DNA of 64,000 nucleotides from Cytophagaceae bacterium (GTDB taxonomy: Bacteria; Bacteroidota; Bacteroidia; Cytophagales; Spirosomataceae): contig SXXW01000019.1 of NCBI GenBank assembly GCA_005791165.1, positions 17,890-81,889 on the forward strand, read 5' to 3'. The notes beneath the pieces were generated by a model, which saw nothing but the letters and a program-made list of their open reading frames with translations, did not search any database and had not been told where the DNA came from. Shown piece after piece: positions 22,840-32,875 of the stretch; position 1 is the first letter of the stretch, and every line of letters starts with the position of its first letter. Position numbers and translations under genes: made by a program.

Positions 22840-23568
22840 TTAATTTATAAATTTTTGCCAAAACGAGGGATTGTATTTTTCCCAAGCATGGCACCCAAAA
22901 GGTAATGAATCCTCAAGTAGGCTGTAGCTTATTTGGGGATTTTTTTCGAATGCAAAGGACAGCCCTTCTTTCCAAGTCGGTAATTTTAACATGAATCTCA
23001 ACAGGAAAGCCCTTTTGTGATATACGGAGAATAGACTATCCTCGTTCGCAGGCCAAGCAGGAATGAACGTATTATAAACCTTTAAGAATTTTATGATGGG
23101 TTTAATTCGCCTGAGTGAAAAGCCACCGTTAAATAAAATGGGTTCAAAAATAGGCATGACGAATGGATTTTTTTCCTTGAAATACTTGAGTTTTAGTTTG
23201 GGTGCCCCTATGTAATCATAGCCTTTATCACACCATTTCTCCAATTCATCTTTAAATACGTAGGCGTCTAATTGGTAAATGAGCATAAATTCATACGCGA
23301 TAAACCGTTCATAAAATAAGGGGTTGATCAATAATTTATTATAGGTTTTTGGACTTTTAAAATAAGCGTCATCAAATCTTTCGACTTGATCGTCACTGGT
23401 AAAAAACTCAGCATGTAAACTTTCAGGAGCGACAAAAATGATGGGGTATTGGTGTAACACCTTTTTGCATTGTGCTAGGGATTTAGCCTCATTTGCGTTT
23501 AAGGTATTTTTATAAACCGGTATGACGATTACAACACGTTTAGACATGATTTTATTCCAATAAGTCAC
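22840..23568 (-). CDS. DUF5672-like glycosyltransferase-related protein
   Basis: VIPVYK, LIYQLDAYVF, YDYIGAP, NGGFSLR, NED, FAFE, PFGCHAW. The start may be the downstream MSKRV. Confidence 0.75.
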   Translation of the reverse strand: MTYWNKIMSKRVVIVIPVYKNTLNANEAKSLAQCKKVLHQYPIIFVAPESLHAEFFTSDDQVERFDDAYFKSPKTYNKLLINPLFYERFIAYEFMLIYQLDAYVFKDELEKWCDKGYDYIGAPKLKLKYFKEKNPFVMPIFEPILFNGGFSLRRIKPIIKFLKVYNTFIPAWPANEDSLFSVYHKRAFLLRFMLKLPTWKEGLSFAFEKNPQISYSLLEDSLPFGCHAWEKYNPSFWQKFIN

Positions 23569-24538
23569 CTAAAGCAGGTCTCCACCATTTACCTCCATCA
23601 TGCATTTTATAGTCTCCGCTAATGACATGCTTGAAGATGGGTAAAAATCGTTTAATCCGATTGCCAGGCAATTTAGATCTCATTTGATAATGTAACATGC
23701 GATCTTTTATTTTTTCTGTGGAGTCGGTATCTGGTAAGGGTAAAGCACTAAAGTAATCAAATAATGCTTTTGCATCGTCAAATTTCTTTTGTAGGCGCGT
23801 TAATTTATCTTCCCTAGAGCGCAATAAGCGGTCTTTTAGCGTGATCGTTGGCTCTTTTCCTTGCAGTCCCACTTGCTGGCTGGCGTGCTCTCGGTATTGG
23901 ATTAATGGATCGCTAATAAACCCAATTTTTTGTTGGCGCGACAAGTACAAGCTAATCCAACCATCATGAATTAATTCAGGAATGATCTCTGGAACAGGAA
24001 ATACCTCTGCACATATTTTTTTCCGAATGGCCAACGTTGCCCCTGTCACCACATACCCTTTTAATAACATTTCAAATGCATACCCTAAATTCCATTTTGT
24101 TTGCATTTCAGGATAAAACTCTATTTGGTCAAAGGATGTATTTCCCGTAGGGATACCCTTTTTGTCAACCATCACTGCATTTGAAAAAACGGCGTCAATT
24201 TCTGGATGGGCATTGAAAAAATTCATTTGTCGCTCCACTTTCTCTTCGTACCACCAGTCGTCTTGGTCACACAGGAATACAATATCGCCAGTACATATTT
24301 GGATGCATTTCTCAAAGTTTTTACTTGATCCCAAATTGCTGGAATTTACATGAATCTCTATGGGAAAGTTGACATGCGTTTTGAAATCTTCTAAAATAGA
24401 AATCGTTTGATCCTTTGAGCCGTCATCGCATACAATCAACTCATGAATGCCAAGCGTCTGATTCTTGATGGATTCTAGTTGGTGCTGCAAATATTTCTCT
24501 CCATTATATGTGCAAAGAGCGACGGATATTTTTGACAT
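23552..24538 (-). CDS. Glycosyltransferase family 2
   Basis: SVALCTYNGEKYL, DDGS, LCDQDD, HDGW, YREH. Confidence 0.9.
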   Translation of the reverse strand: MSKISVALCTYNGEKYLQHQLESIKNQTLGIHELIVCDDGSKDQTISILEDFKTHVNFPIEIHVNSSNLGSSKNFEKCIQICTGDIVFLCDQDDWWYEEKVERQMNFFNAHPEIDAVFSNAVMVDKKGIPTGNTSFDQIEFYPEMQTKWNLGYAFEMLLKGYVVTGATLAIRKKICAEVFPVPEIIPELIHDGWISLYLSRQQKIGFISDPLIQYREHASQQVGLQGKEPTITLKDRLLRSREDKLTRLQKKFDDAKALFDYFSALPLPDTDSTEKIKDRMLHYQMRSKLPGNRIKRFLPIFKHVISGDYKMHDGGKWWRPALGDLLE

Positions 24539-24548
24539 AATTTACGCT

Positions 24549-25175
24549 TTACATGGGCACATACACCACTTTTTTTGATTCAAAAAATTCTTCTTTGAAA
24601 AGGGAAGATAATTCAAAAACTTTATGTTTTTTACCTAGCTCAACTAATTCTTCCGTTAAATCTCCTCCCTTCAAGCAAATTAACCCGTTTCTAAGGGTAT
24701 GAAAATGATTTGGGCTTACCTTATTTTTAACCCAATAATAAAAGGGTGTTATGCGCGTTACGGCTCTACTGATGATAAATTCAAAGTCTTGATCTACATC
24801 TTCTGCCCGCACGTTCAGTGCTGTTATATTCGTTAAACCCAATGATTCCGAAACGCCTTGGACCACCATTATTTTTTTTCCTATGCTATCGACCAACGTA
24901 AATTTTACTTCCGGAAATAAAATAGCCAAGGGTATTCCTGGAAATCCACCGCCAGTCCCCACATCTAGAATTTCCGTGCCAGGTCTGAATGAAATAATCT
25001 TGGCTATGGCCAAAGAATGCAAGACATGATGAATCATTAAGTTCTCAATGTCTTTTCTAGAAACCACATTAATTTTCTCATTCCATTCTTGGTACAATGG
25101 AAAAAGCAGCTCAAATTGCTCTAGCTGCTTTTCTGTAATTTCTGGAAAATATTTTTTAATCAGCCCTGCCTTCAT
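24549..25175 (-). CDS. rsmG: 16S rRNA m7G527 methyltransferase
   Basis: WNEKINVVSR, HVLHSL, LDVGTGGGFPGIP, SRAV, LKGG. -7 box TATCTTTG at 25198-25191. Confidence 0.96.
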   Translation of the reverse strand: MKAGLIKKYFPEITEKQLEQFELLFPLYQEWNEKINVVSRKDIENLMIHHVLHSLAIAKIISFRPGTEILDVGTGGGFPGIPLAILFPEVKFTLVDSIGKKIMVVQGVSESLGLTNITALNVRAEDVDQDFEFIISRAVTRITPFYYWVKNKVSPNHFHTLRNGLICLKGGDLTEELVELGKKHKVFELSSLFKEEFFESKKVVYVPM

Positions 25176-25217
25176 ATTTCATGTAAAATACAAAGATACG
25201 AAAATGACTTTAGTTTA

Positions 25218-26675
25218 TTAGCCTACGATCCAACGGAAAAAGACAAACAGTAGAGCTGATAAAAGGATGGTCACAGGAAGTGTTAATACCCAAGCCATCA
25301 CGATATTTTTTACGGTTCCCCCTTGTAAATTTTTTATGCCTCTTGACGCCACCATGGTACCGGCAATACCCGAACTCAATACGTGTGTGGTACTTACAGG
25401 CCATTTATATGCCGTAGCTAACCCGATGGTAATCGATGCGATTAATTCTGCCGATGCTCCTTGAGCATACGTTAAGTGGTCCTTACCAATTTTCTCACCG
25501 ATGGTGATGACAATTCTTTTCCAACCAATCATCGTTCCTAAGCCTAATGAAAGTGCGATCATCCACATCACCCAAGCAGGTGCAAAATCGGTTACTCCGG
25601 CCATTCCTGTAGCTGAAGAAGCTCCAAAGGCAAAAAAGGGCGCTTTATCCCCTTGCGTGGCCTTTTTTAATGCTGATTTATCCTCATCGGAAAGGGAAAC
25701 GGATTCGCTCTCGATTAATTTTTTCGCATTCTTATTGATCGTTAATGCTGCTTTTCGAATATTGAATTTTTGATCAGTACTTAGGTTTTTAATGTCGGGT
25801 TTGTTAGCTAAAATAGTCTTTAAATTTGCTGATGAGCCCAATAATTGATGGTAGCTATCTAGTTCTTTTTCTGAAAGAGGTAACGTATCGATTTTAACAG
25901 AAACAGCTTGAACAGTATTCAAACTACTCTGTACCATATTTAAATCCAAGGTGGTATTAATGGCAAAATATCCAGGTAAAAATGCAATTAGAATAACCAT
26001 AACCAAACCTATTCCTTTTTGACCGTCGTTTCTCCCATGAAAAAATGAAACGAGTGTACAGGTAAAAATCAAGATGGATCTGATCCAAAGTGGTGGTGGT
26101 GAGTTTTTCTTAGGCTCTTTAAATATATCTTTATTTGAAATAGATTTTTTTAAGATGTACATCAAAATAATTGCCAAAGAAAAACCAAACAATGGGGAAA
26201 GGAATAGCGCTTGTCCTATCTCAATGACCTTATCCCAGTTGACAGACGATATGTTTTTATTTGAATTTTCAGGCAATAAAGCATGGCCTAAGCCAATACC
26301 AATAATAGAACCGATCAACGTATGAGAACTGGATGCCGGAATACCAAAATACCAAGTTCCTAAATTCCATAATATGGCCGATAGCAATAAAGAGAGAGCC
26401 ATCGCCATGGAATGATACACATTAGAATCAATTAGGAGCTCTGTGGGGAGGAGGCCAATAATGCTCATCGTAACCCCTACACCACCGGTAAGTAAACCCA
26501 AGAAATTCATAAATCCTGACCAAACCACAGCCTGAGTTGGCTTTAATGAATGTGTATAAATAACAGTGGCTACTGCATTTGCAGTATCGTGAAATCCGTT
26601 GACAAATTCAAAAGCACAGGCAGCAAACAAGCAAAAGAATAATAGGAAAAATAGGGTTGGGTCAAGTCCAAACAT
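25218..26675 (-). CDS. pitA: Inorganic phosphate transporter, PiT family
   Basis: GFHDTANAVAT, PASSSH, HGRNDGQKG, PVSTTH, AWVLTLP. Confidence 0.9.
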   Translation of the reverse strand: MFGLDPTLFFLLFFCLFAACAFEFVNGFHDTANAVATVIYTHSLKPTQAVVWSGFMNFLGLLTGGVGVTMSIIGLLPTELLIDSNVYHSMAMALSLLLSAILWNLGTWYFGIPASSSHTLIGSIIGIGLGHALLPENSNKNISSVNWDKVIEIGQALFLSPLFGFSLAIILMYILKKSISNKDIFKEPKKNSPPPLWIRSILIFTCTLVSFFHGRNDGQKGIGLVMVILIAFLPGYFAINTTLDLNMVQSSLNTVQAVSVKIDTLPLSEKELDSYHQLLGSSANLKTILANKPDIKNLSTDQKFNIRKAALTINKNAKKLIESESVSLSDEDKSALKKATQGDKAPFFAFGASSATGMAGVTDFAPAWVMWMIALSLGLGTMIGWKRIVITIGEKIGKDHLTYAQGASAELIASITIGLATAYKWPVSTTHVLSSGIAGTMVASRGIKNLQGGTVKNIVMAWVLTLPVTILLSALLFVFFRWIVG

Positions 26676-26709
26676 GTGTTAAATTTATTAAGGTATTATA
26701 TATACTTAC

Positions 26710-26765
26710 TAAAGATGGTTAATATAGATGTAAGAGTTTTTATAAAGATATTAAGGAATTGTTAA
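26710..26765 (-). promoter_or_regulatory. Candidate Pho-box promoter of the PiT gene
   Basis: On minus: TTAAC (26765), TTAAT (26754), ATAAA (26743) at 11-bp period, then a degenerate -7 box CATCTTTA starting 26 nt later (26717). Confidence 0.55.
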
Positions 26766-26770
26766 ATATT

Positions 26771-28003
26771 TTATTTTCGCTTTCTTCTCGCTTTTTTCGC
26801 TTCGGCCAATAACTTTTTCGCCTCTGTATGTTGGGACGATTTCCGATCTGCTTTATCTATTACCTCTTTGCAATAATCAACCGCCTGGTCGTAATTTAAT
26901 TCTTGATATGCGATTCTAGCTAAGCCTAAAACGGATGCCCAATAATAGCCAGAATCCATGGAATCCGTTTGTTTGGAAAAAGATAGGCATTCATTAAAAT
27001 ATTTTTTTGCCTCGATTGGATTTTTAAACACGTACAGATAATAATAGCCCAAAATATAACTAGCATACCTTCCGGAAGTAGCCTCATAGCCAATTTGATG
27101 TTGGTTTATTTTTAATAAAATATCTTTTGATAGTTCCATGGCCTGATCTAATTTCCCAGTCATAAAGGCAGATCTTGCCAAAGATCGATGAAAATATGGA
27201 TTATCAGGGAAATTATCATGTGTATATTTAGCCAAATCATAGGCCTTATCCGACATATTTTCCATCCCATAAATTTGAAGTAGAAAATAGCGGGCTTCTG
27301 TGCGTGTATAAAATGCCTGGTAGCTTACTTTTTCGAGTTGTTGGATGCCCATCAACTTATTTGCCTTTGGAAAAAGCCACAATACAGGTCTTAGAAGCGG
27401 AAAATTTTGTTTGATAAAATGATAGTAGTAATTGTAAAGCCCATCGCCAAACATTAATTCAGGACTAAAATCTGCGAATTGCCGTGAATATTCTAAATAT
27501 TTTAACGCATTTTTCGCTGCTAATGTCGCGCGGGTCCAGTTCTTTCTTTCGGCATGAAGTCGGCCTTTAAATCCATAAGCAGCCGCCATAAAGAATGCAG
27601 CCTCTGGGTTCTCCGTTTCATCCCAAATTTTCTCCGCTTTTTCGATGCTCTTGTCCATGTATTCAACAAGTCGATCATCAAAAACTTCATTACCAGTGTT
27701 GGGAACAATTTTCCACCATTGCATTAATCCGAGTAGAAAATCAGGAAGTGGATGGTTGGGGTATTTGACTTTTAAATAATTAAATTCCCTTTCAGCTTCA
27801 GGAAACTTAAAATTATACATTTGATTGATTGCTTGAGTAGCCTCAATCTGCACTTCAGAGGTTAGAAGTAACATTCCTTTGGAACGTTCTTTTTCCGCTT
27901 CTTCTGTCTTTTTCCACCATTGGCCTGGAGATGAGAAGGCCAATGGGAGAAAAAATAATATTAAAGCTGCATGTCTAAGATGATATTTCAATTTCATCTC
28001 CAT
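26771..28003 (-). CDS. Exported TPR-like helical repeat protein
   Basis: Signal-like N-terminus and helical repeats. Overlaps the RNase E/G stop; alternative start 27997. Confidence 0.7.
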   Translation of the reverse strand: MEMKLKYHLRHAALILFFLPLAFSSPGQWWKKTEEAEKERSKGMLLLTSEVQIEATQAINQMYNFKFPEAEREFNYLKVKYPNHPLPDFLLGLMQWWKIVPNTGNEVFDDRLVEYMDKSIEKAEKIWDETENPEAAFFMAAAYGFKGRLHAERKNWTRATLAAKNALKYLEYSRQFADFSPELMFGDGLYNYYYHFIKQNFPLLRPVLWLFPKANKLMGIQQLEKVSYQAFYTRTEARYFLLQIYGMENMSDKAYDLAKYTHDNFPDNPYFHRSLARSAFMTGKLDQAMELSKDILLKINQHQIGYEATSGRYASYILGYYYLYVFKNPIEAKKYFNECLSFSKQTDSMDSGYYWASVLGLARIAYQELNYDQAVDYCKEVIDKADRKSSQHTEAKKLLAEAKKARRKRK

Positions 28004-29531
28004 TTTGGTTTAAGAATTTAAATTCCGTTATTCCAAATGAGGAGTCTTCTGTAATTGAAATCCATGTTTTATATTTCATAAACCAAGACATACGAACAGA
28101 AGGAAAACCTTTGGTAAAATACGCATGTAAAAACGGGTGTACCAACAAAGTCAGCTTTTTCTCATTTTGTTTAAAAACTAAATGTTCCACATGCTGTGCA
28201 ATGGTATCTGATACGGCAATGCTCGCTGTGATGGTACCCGAACCGCCGCAACTAGGACACGTTTCATGCGTAGCCACATTCATTTCTGGACGTACTCGCT
28301 GGCGCGTGATCTGCATTAATCCAAATTTCGTCAAGGGTAGAATCGTGTACTTTGATCGATCTGTTTTCATTTCATCACGCATGATGTCTTGAATCAGTTT
28401 CCGATTATCCGCCTTCTTCATGTCGATGAAATCGATCACGATAATACCACCCATATCCCTTAAACGCAATTGGCGCGCAATTTCTTTAGCTGCCTCACGA
28501 TTAACACTTAAGGCAGTCGCCTCTTGGTCATCTTCTGAATTGGATTTATTTCCAGAGTTCACGTCGATCACGTGCAATGCCTCCGTGTGTTCCACGATTA
28601 AATAGCCACCACCTGGCAAGGAAACAGACCTTCCAAAAAGCATTTTTAATTGCTTCTCGATACCTACTTGTTCAAATAATTTAATTTTGCCTGTATGAAG
28701 CTTAACGATTTTTTCCTTTTCGGGAGCCACCGTATGCACATATTCTTTGGCCTCATTATATAAATCGGGGTTGTCTACGATGACATTATCAAAATCATTG
28801 TTCAATAAATCGCGCAACATGGAAGTGGCCCGACTCATTTCACCGATAATCCTATCGGTCGATTTTGCTTCTGCTAATTTCTTAATTCCTTCTTCCCATT
28901 TAGAGATAGAGTCTTTTAAGTCGCGCTCCATTTCCTCAATGGCCTTTCCCTCCGCTACCGTTCTCACGATAACACCGTAATTTTTTGGTTTAACGGAAGA
29001 CATCAATTTTTGAAGTCGGTTGCGCTCAGAACGAGAGGTGATTTTTTTCGATATATTAACCCCATTCGCAAATGGAACCAACACCAAAAATCTTCCAGCA
29101 ATGGAAATATCACAGGAAAGTCTAGGGCCTTTTGTCGAGATAGGTTCTTTGATTACTTGAACTAAAATCTGTTGGCCTTTCGTTAAAGCTTTTTCGATTT
29201 TACCTAGTTTATCGATTTCCTCGTCAAGCTTATAATTTTCGATTCGGACATTTTTGCCTTTTTTAGTAAGGACATCCCGAGTGAATTTTTGAACGGTATT
29301 TAAGTTTGGGCCTAAGTCATGATAGTGCAAAAATGCATCTTTTTCATAACCTATATCAATGAAAGCAGCATTAAGCCCTGAAACTAATTTTTTAACTGTA
29401 CCTAAATAGATGTCTCCGACAGAGAATTTTGGCTCAGATTGTTCAATATGGTATTCTACGATTCTTTTGTCATGCAAAAGAGCAATTCTATCGCCCGTTG
29501 GGGTAGAATTTATGATTAATTCATTACTCAC
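27975..29531 (-). CDS. Ribonuclease E/G family
   Basis: S1 domain (GDIYLG, AAFIDIG, KEPISTKGPRL), IDVNSG, LRLRDMGGIIVIDFIDM, CPSCGGSG. GTG start. Confidence 0.96.
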   Translation of the reverse strand: MSNELIINSTPTGDRIALLHDKRIVEYHIEQSEPKFSVGDIYLGTVKKLVSGLNAAFIDIGYEKDAFLHYHDLGPNLNTVQKFTRDVLTKKGKNVRIENYKLDEEIDKLGKIEKALTKGQQILVQVIKEPISTKGPRLSCDISIAGRFLVLVPFANGVNISKKITSRSERNRLQKLMSSVKPKNYGVIVRTVAEGKAIEEMERDLKDSISKWEEGIKKLAEAKSTDRIIGEMSRATSMLRDLLNNDFDNVIVDNPDLYNEAKEYVHTVAPEKEKIVKLHTGKIKLFEQVGIEKQLKMLFGRSVSLPGGGYLIVEHTEALHVIDVNSGNKSNSEDDQEATALSVNREAAKEIARQLRLRDMGGIIVIDFIDMKKADNRKLIQDIMRDEMKTDRSKYTILPLTKFGLMQITRQRVRPEMNVATHETCPSCGGSGTITASIAVSDTIAQHVEHLVFKQNEKKLTLLVHPFLHAYFTKGFPSVRMSWFMKYKTWISITEDSSFGITEFKFLNQNGDEIEISS

Positions 29532-29681
29532 AAGTTTATTTGAGAAGAATGTGTGGCAGAGCTATAAGCCCTTTAAAATATACAACAAATTTAACGCCAA
29601 AAGCAGGCTCTTTATCCGAGGATAAAAGGCCTGTTCTTGCGCAACCTAATTACATTTCCATCTGGAAAAGCAATTAATACA

Positions 29682-29771
29682 CTACTTCTTCTTGTGACGA
29701 TTTTTACGTAGACGTTTCTTTCTCTTGTGAGTTGAAATCTTATGACGTTTTCTTTTTTTTCCGCAAGGCAT
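29682..29771 (-). CDS. 30S ribosomal protein bS22 (AURKAIP1/COX24-like), 29 aa
   Basis: Hand translation gives MPCGKKRKRHKISTHKRKKRLRKNRHKKK*. It matches the Bacteroidota bS22 pattern MPxGKKRKRHKxxTHKRKKR and is absent from the ORF track. Confidence 0.9.
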   Translation of the reverse strand: MPCGKKRKRHKISTHKRKKRLRKNRHKKK

Positions 29772-29851
29772 ACCTTTTAGCGTTTAATGTTTAAATAATG
29801 TGTAAAGTTGATTTTCAACTTTATTTTTTTTTCAGACAATTATTGTCTATA

Positions 29852-30703
29852 CTATTTTTGCAGCATTTCTGCCAGCAATTCTTTAGCGGCTTTTGTTTCT
29901 TCAGGGTTCTTGCTTTTCGCAACAACTTCTTTGAGAACTTTTTTAGCCTCTTCTTTTTTATCTAACTGTGCCAAACAAAAACCGAGATTTAATGCGGCTT
30001 TATAATTGGTTGGATCCAGCTTCAATATCTGTGCAAACCTTTCTTGGCCTTTGCCAAATTGATTTGACTTAATTGACAGTATTCCTAAATTAAACAAAGC
30101 CGGAATGTACGTTGGCTCCTGTTCAATCACCTCCCTAAGCAACGTTATGCCTTTCATGGGAGTAGGTGTGTCCACATATGTCATAGCAAGATTTGTTTTA
30201 ACCAACAGGTTATTTGGATCTTGTGTCAATGCTTTTTCAAAATAAATTCTAGCCTTTTCTCCCATTAAGCTAGCTTTTTTGGGGTTAATGGCATAAGCCT
30301 GCGCTTCAAAATAAGCTTGGCCTGCTCTTAAAATATGCGTAATTCCAGGGTGTGAATCTGAAAATTGGCCTGCATAAATCGCAGCACTATCATATTTAGA
30401 AAACTCCATAAAAGCCCGCATCAATTTTTCCAAAGCAAGCGCTTGGCTAGCTTCAGTTTTTGCCGACTTTAAGGAAGATTTTAACCCAGCAATTTGCTTT
30501 TGTTGACCTGGGGTCAACGGCTCAGCATGCGTTTCTTCCGTTTTAGACGAATCTATTTCCGTATTTTTACCATTCGCGTCTCGATTGGCACCCCCATTCG
30601 CGGTGGTTTCCGTTTTTGCACTTACATTTCCCTTTGGTAATTGAGAAATAAGGGCAATTAACCCTAGTCCAATAAATAAAATAATCGCAAGCGTTTTATT
30701 CAT
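29852..30703 (-). CDS. Membrane-anchored TPR protein
   Basis: N-terminal TM segment and C-terminal TPRs (ALFNLGILS, AALNLGFCLA); between HU and bS22. Confidence 0.8.
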   Translation of the reverse strand: MNKTLAIILFIGLGLIALISQLPKGNVSAKTETTANGGANRDANGKNTEIDSSKTEETHAEPLTPGQQKQIAGLKSSLKSAKTEASQALALEKLMRAFMEFSKYDSAAIYAGQFSDSHPGITHILRAGQAYFEAQAYAINPKKASLMGEKARIYFEKALTQDPNNLLVKTNLAMTYVDTPTPMKGITLLREVIEQEPTYIPALFNLGILSIKSNQFGKGQERFAQILKLDPTNYKAALNLGFCLAQLDKKEEAKKVLKEVVAKSKNPEETKAAKELLAEMLQK

Positions 30704-30732
30704 TTTAAAAGACCTTAAAAAGAGTATTCTCC

Positions 30733-31026
30733 TTATTTAGCAGGGTCAGTGCTCGTTTTAATTTGTTCTACAAAAACCTTAGCTGGTTTAAAGCTAGGTA
30801 CATAGTGCTCCTCAATGGTGATCGAAGTATTTTTTGAAATATTTCGAGCAATTTTCCTAGCCCTTTTTTTATTGATAAAACTTCCAAACCCACGAACATA
30901 AATGTTTTCTTGGTTGGCCAAATTATCTTTTACTACTTGGAAGAAATTTTCTAACGTTTCAGAAACATCTTTTTTGTCAATCCCTGTTTTGCTGGAAATC
31001 TCAGCAATTACATCTGCCTTAGTCAC
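30733..31026 (-). CDS. HU/IHF-family DNA-binding protein
   Basis: MTKADVI, IYVRGFGSF, ARNISKN, PSFKP. GTG start; -7 box at 31089-31082. Confidence 0.93.
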   Translation of the reverse strand: MTKADVIAEISSKTGIDKKDVSETLENFFQVVKDNLANQENIYVRGFGSFINKKRARKIARNISKNTSITIEEHYVPSFKPAKVFVEQIKTSTDPAK

Positions 31027-31194
31027 GGTAATTAATGCGTTAAATTCAAAATAATTAAATCCTTCTCTTGTAAAAGGGACACAAAAGTAATGCTTTTCTT
31101 TAAGAGAGACAAGTGTTTTGTTGGAATAAAATGATTTTTTTCAATCTAGCTATATAATAGCAAAATGAGGAAATCTTGTATCTTTGATTTTTAC

Positions 31195-32274
31195 ATGTCA
31201 AAGCTTTTGCAACACCCTTTTTCAGAAACGATCATTGCCTGGTATTCCCAAAATGCCCGGGAGTTGCCGTGGAGAAAAACAAAAGACCCATATGTGATCT
31301 GGTTGTCGGAGATTATACTCCAACAAACCCGCGTGGCACAAGGATTGCCCTATTTTCATCGACTTTTAGAAGCATTTCCTACCGTTTTAGATTTGGCTAA
31401 CGCAGATGAAGATTATTTATTTAGGTTATGGCAAGGTTTAGGGTACTATAGTCGGGCTAGAAACTTACACAAAACAGCAAAATTTGTTGCTGAGGCGGGG
31501 GGTAAATTTCCATCTACTTATGCTGAATTGATAAAATTACCTGGAATTGGGCCATATACGGCTGCTGCTATTGCATCTTTTGCATTTGATGAACCTAAGC
31601 CGGTGGTTGATGGCAATGTCTTTCGAATCCTTGCGCGGTATTTTGGTGTGGAGGTTGATATTTTACATGCATCTGCTCGAAAAACGTTTACGGATTTAGC
31701 GGATGAGTTGATTCCAAAAAATCAACCGGCTATTTTTAATCAAGCCATTATGGAATTTGGGAGCTTGCAATGTTCACCTTCACCTAATTGTCCAACTTGT
31801 CCTTTACAATTCACCTGTGTTGCATTCTCAGAAAATCGAGTACAATCATTGCCCGTTAAGTCAAAGAAAAAGAGTCAAAAAGAACGATTTTTTGCTTATT
31901 TCATCATTGAAAAAAATGGGAAAATATGGGTGCGCCAACGAGCCACTAAAGACATTTGGCAAGGACTTTGGGAGTTTTACCTGAATGAGTTACCTCATTT
32001 TCAATCATTAGAGGAAATATTACAACAAGACAATGGGCTGGCAGAACTAAGTAAGCAAAGTTTAATAACTTCTTTGGTTTCTCCCCCGACACATTTATTA
32101 AGCCATCAGAAAATATTTTGCCAGGCTTGGCATGTCCAAGTTAATGATCATTTTAATGTCACAGAAAATGATCAGTTTCGATGGATAGAGCCTCAGGACT
32201 TTACTAATTTGGGCAAACCTGTATTGATTTTAAATCTAATAACTGATAATTTAGAATTGAAGAATTTGTTTTAA
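31195..32274 (+). CDS. mutY: A/G-specific adenine glycosylase
   Basis: WLSEIILQQT, WQGLGYYSRARN, LPGIGPYTA, VDGNV and the FeS motif CSPSPNCPTCPLQFTC. The start at 31195 follows a -7 box at 31179. Confidence 0.95.
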   Translation: MSKLLQHPFSETIIAWYSQNARELPWRKTKDPYVIWLSEIILQQTRVAQGLPYFHRLLEAFPTVLDLANADEDYLFRLWQGLGYYSRARNLHKTAKFVAEAGGKFPSTYAELIKLPGIGPYTAAAIASFAFDEPKPVVDGNVFRILARYFGVEVDILHASARKTFTDLADELIPKNQPAIFNQAIMEFGSLQCSPSPNCPTCPLQFTCVAFSENRVQSLPVKSKKKSQKERFFAYFIIEKNGKIWVRQRATKDIWQGLWEFYLNELPHFQSLEEILQQDNGLAELSKQSLITSLVSPPTHLLSHQKIFCQAWHVQVNDHFNVTENDQFRWIEPQDFTNLGKPVLILNLITDNLELKNLF

Positions 32275-32340
32275 CTTAAACAAAATTACCTTTATAGCGG
32301 ACAAGGTTTTTTGTCTACCTAACTCAAAAAAATCAATATT

Positions 32341-32799
32341 ATGGCAGGTGTAAACAAAGTAATTATTCTAGGTAATTTAGGAGGAGATCCTGAAGTAAGA
32401 GCGCTTCCTAGTGGCGTAAAAGTGGCTAATATCAACATTGCCACTTCCGAATCATATACGGGTAAGGATGGTCAGCGAGTGGAACAAACGGAATGGCACC
32501 GAGTAGAATTATGGGATAATTTAGCCACCATCGCTGAGCAATATTTAAAGAAAGGAAATCAAGTATACATTGAAGGTAAAATTCGTTCGGAAGAATGGCA
32601 AGATAAATCGGGGGCTACCATGCGGGGTTACCGCATCCGGGCTACCTCCATGAATTTGATTGGCAGTAAAAATGATCGGCCATTAGGCGATTCTCCAGAA
32701 CCTAGGCCTAAGCCAGAGAGTTTTTCTTTAGGTGAATCTTCTAATAACGGGAATGCTTTTCCACCTATGATGGCAGAAGGAGACGATCTTCCATTTTAA
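32341..32799 (+). CDS. ssb: Single-stranded DNA-binding protein
   Basis: [18 protein letters not shown]-terminal DDLPF. Confidence 0.97.
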   Translation: MAGVNKVIILGNLGGDPEVRALPSGVKVANINIATSESYTGKDGQRVEQTEWHRVELWDNLATIAEQYLKKGNQVYIEGKIRSEEWQDKSGATMRGYRIRATSMNLIGSKNDRPLGDSPEPRPKPESFSLGESSNNGNAFPPMMAEGDDLPF

Positions 32800-32808
32800 A
32801 TTTTTATT

Positions 32809-32845
32809 AAAAAAGGGAATCTGATCAAAACATATTCCCTTTTTT
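32809..32845 (+). terminator. Terminator-like hairpin after ssb
   Basis: AAAAAAGGGAAT...ATTCCCTTTTTT. Confidence 0.65.
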
Positions 32846-32875
32846 GTAAATTTGTTTAATTAGTACCTAATTAAT

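Noticed and set aside
29808-30005. Plus-strand 65-aa ORF, and 29410-29625, near bS22
   Set aside because: Both are antisense to the TPR or RNase E/G genes. The real small gene is 29682-29771 on minus.
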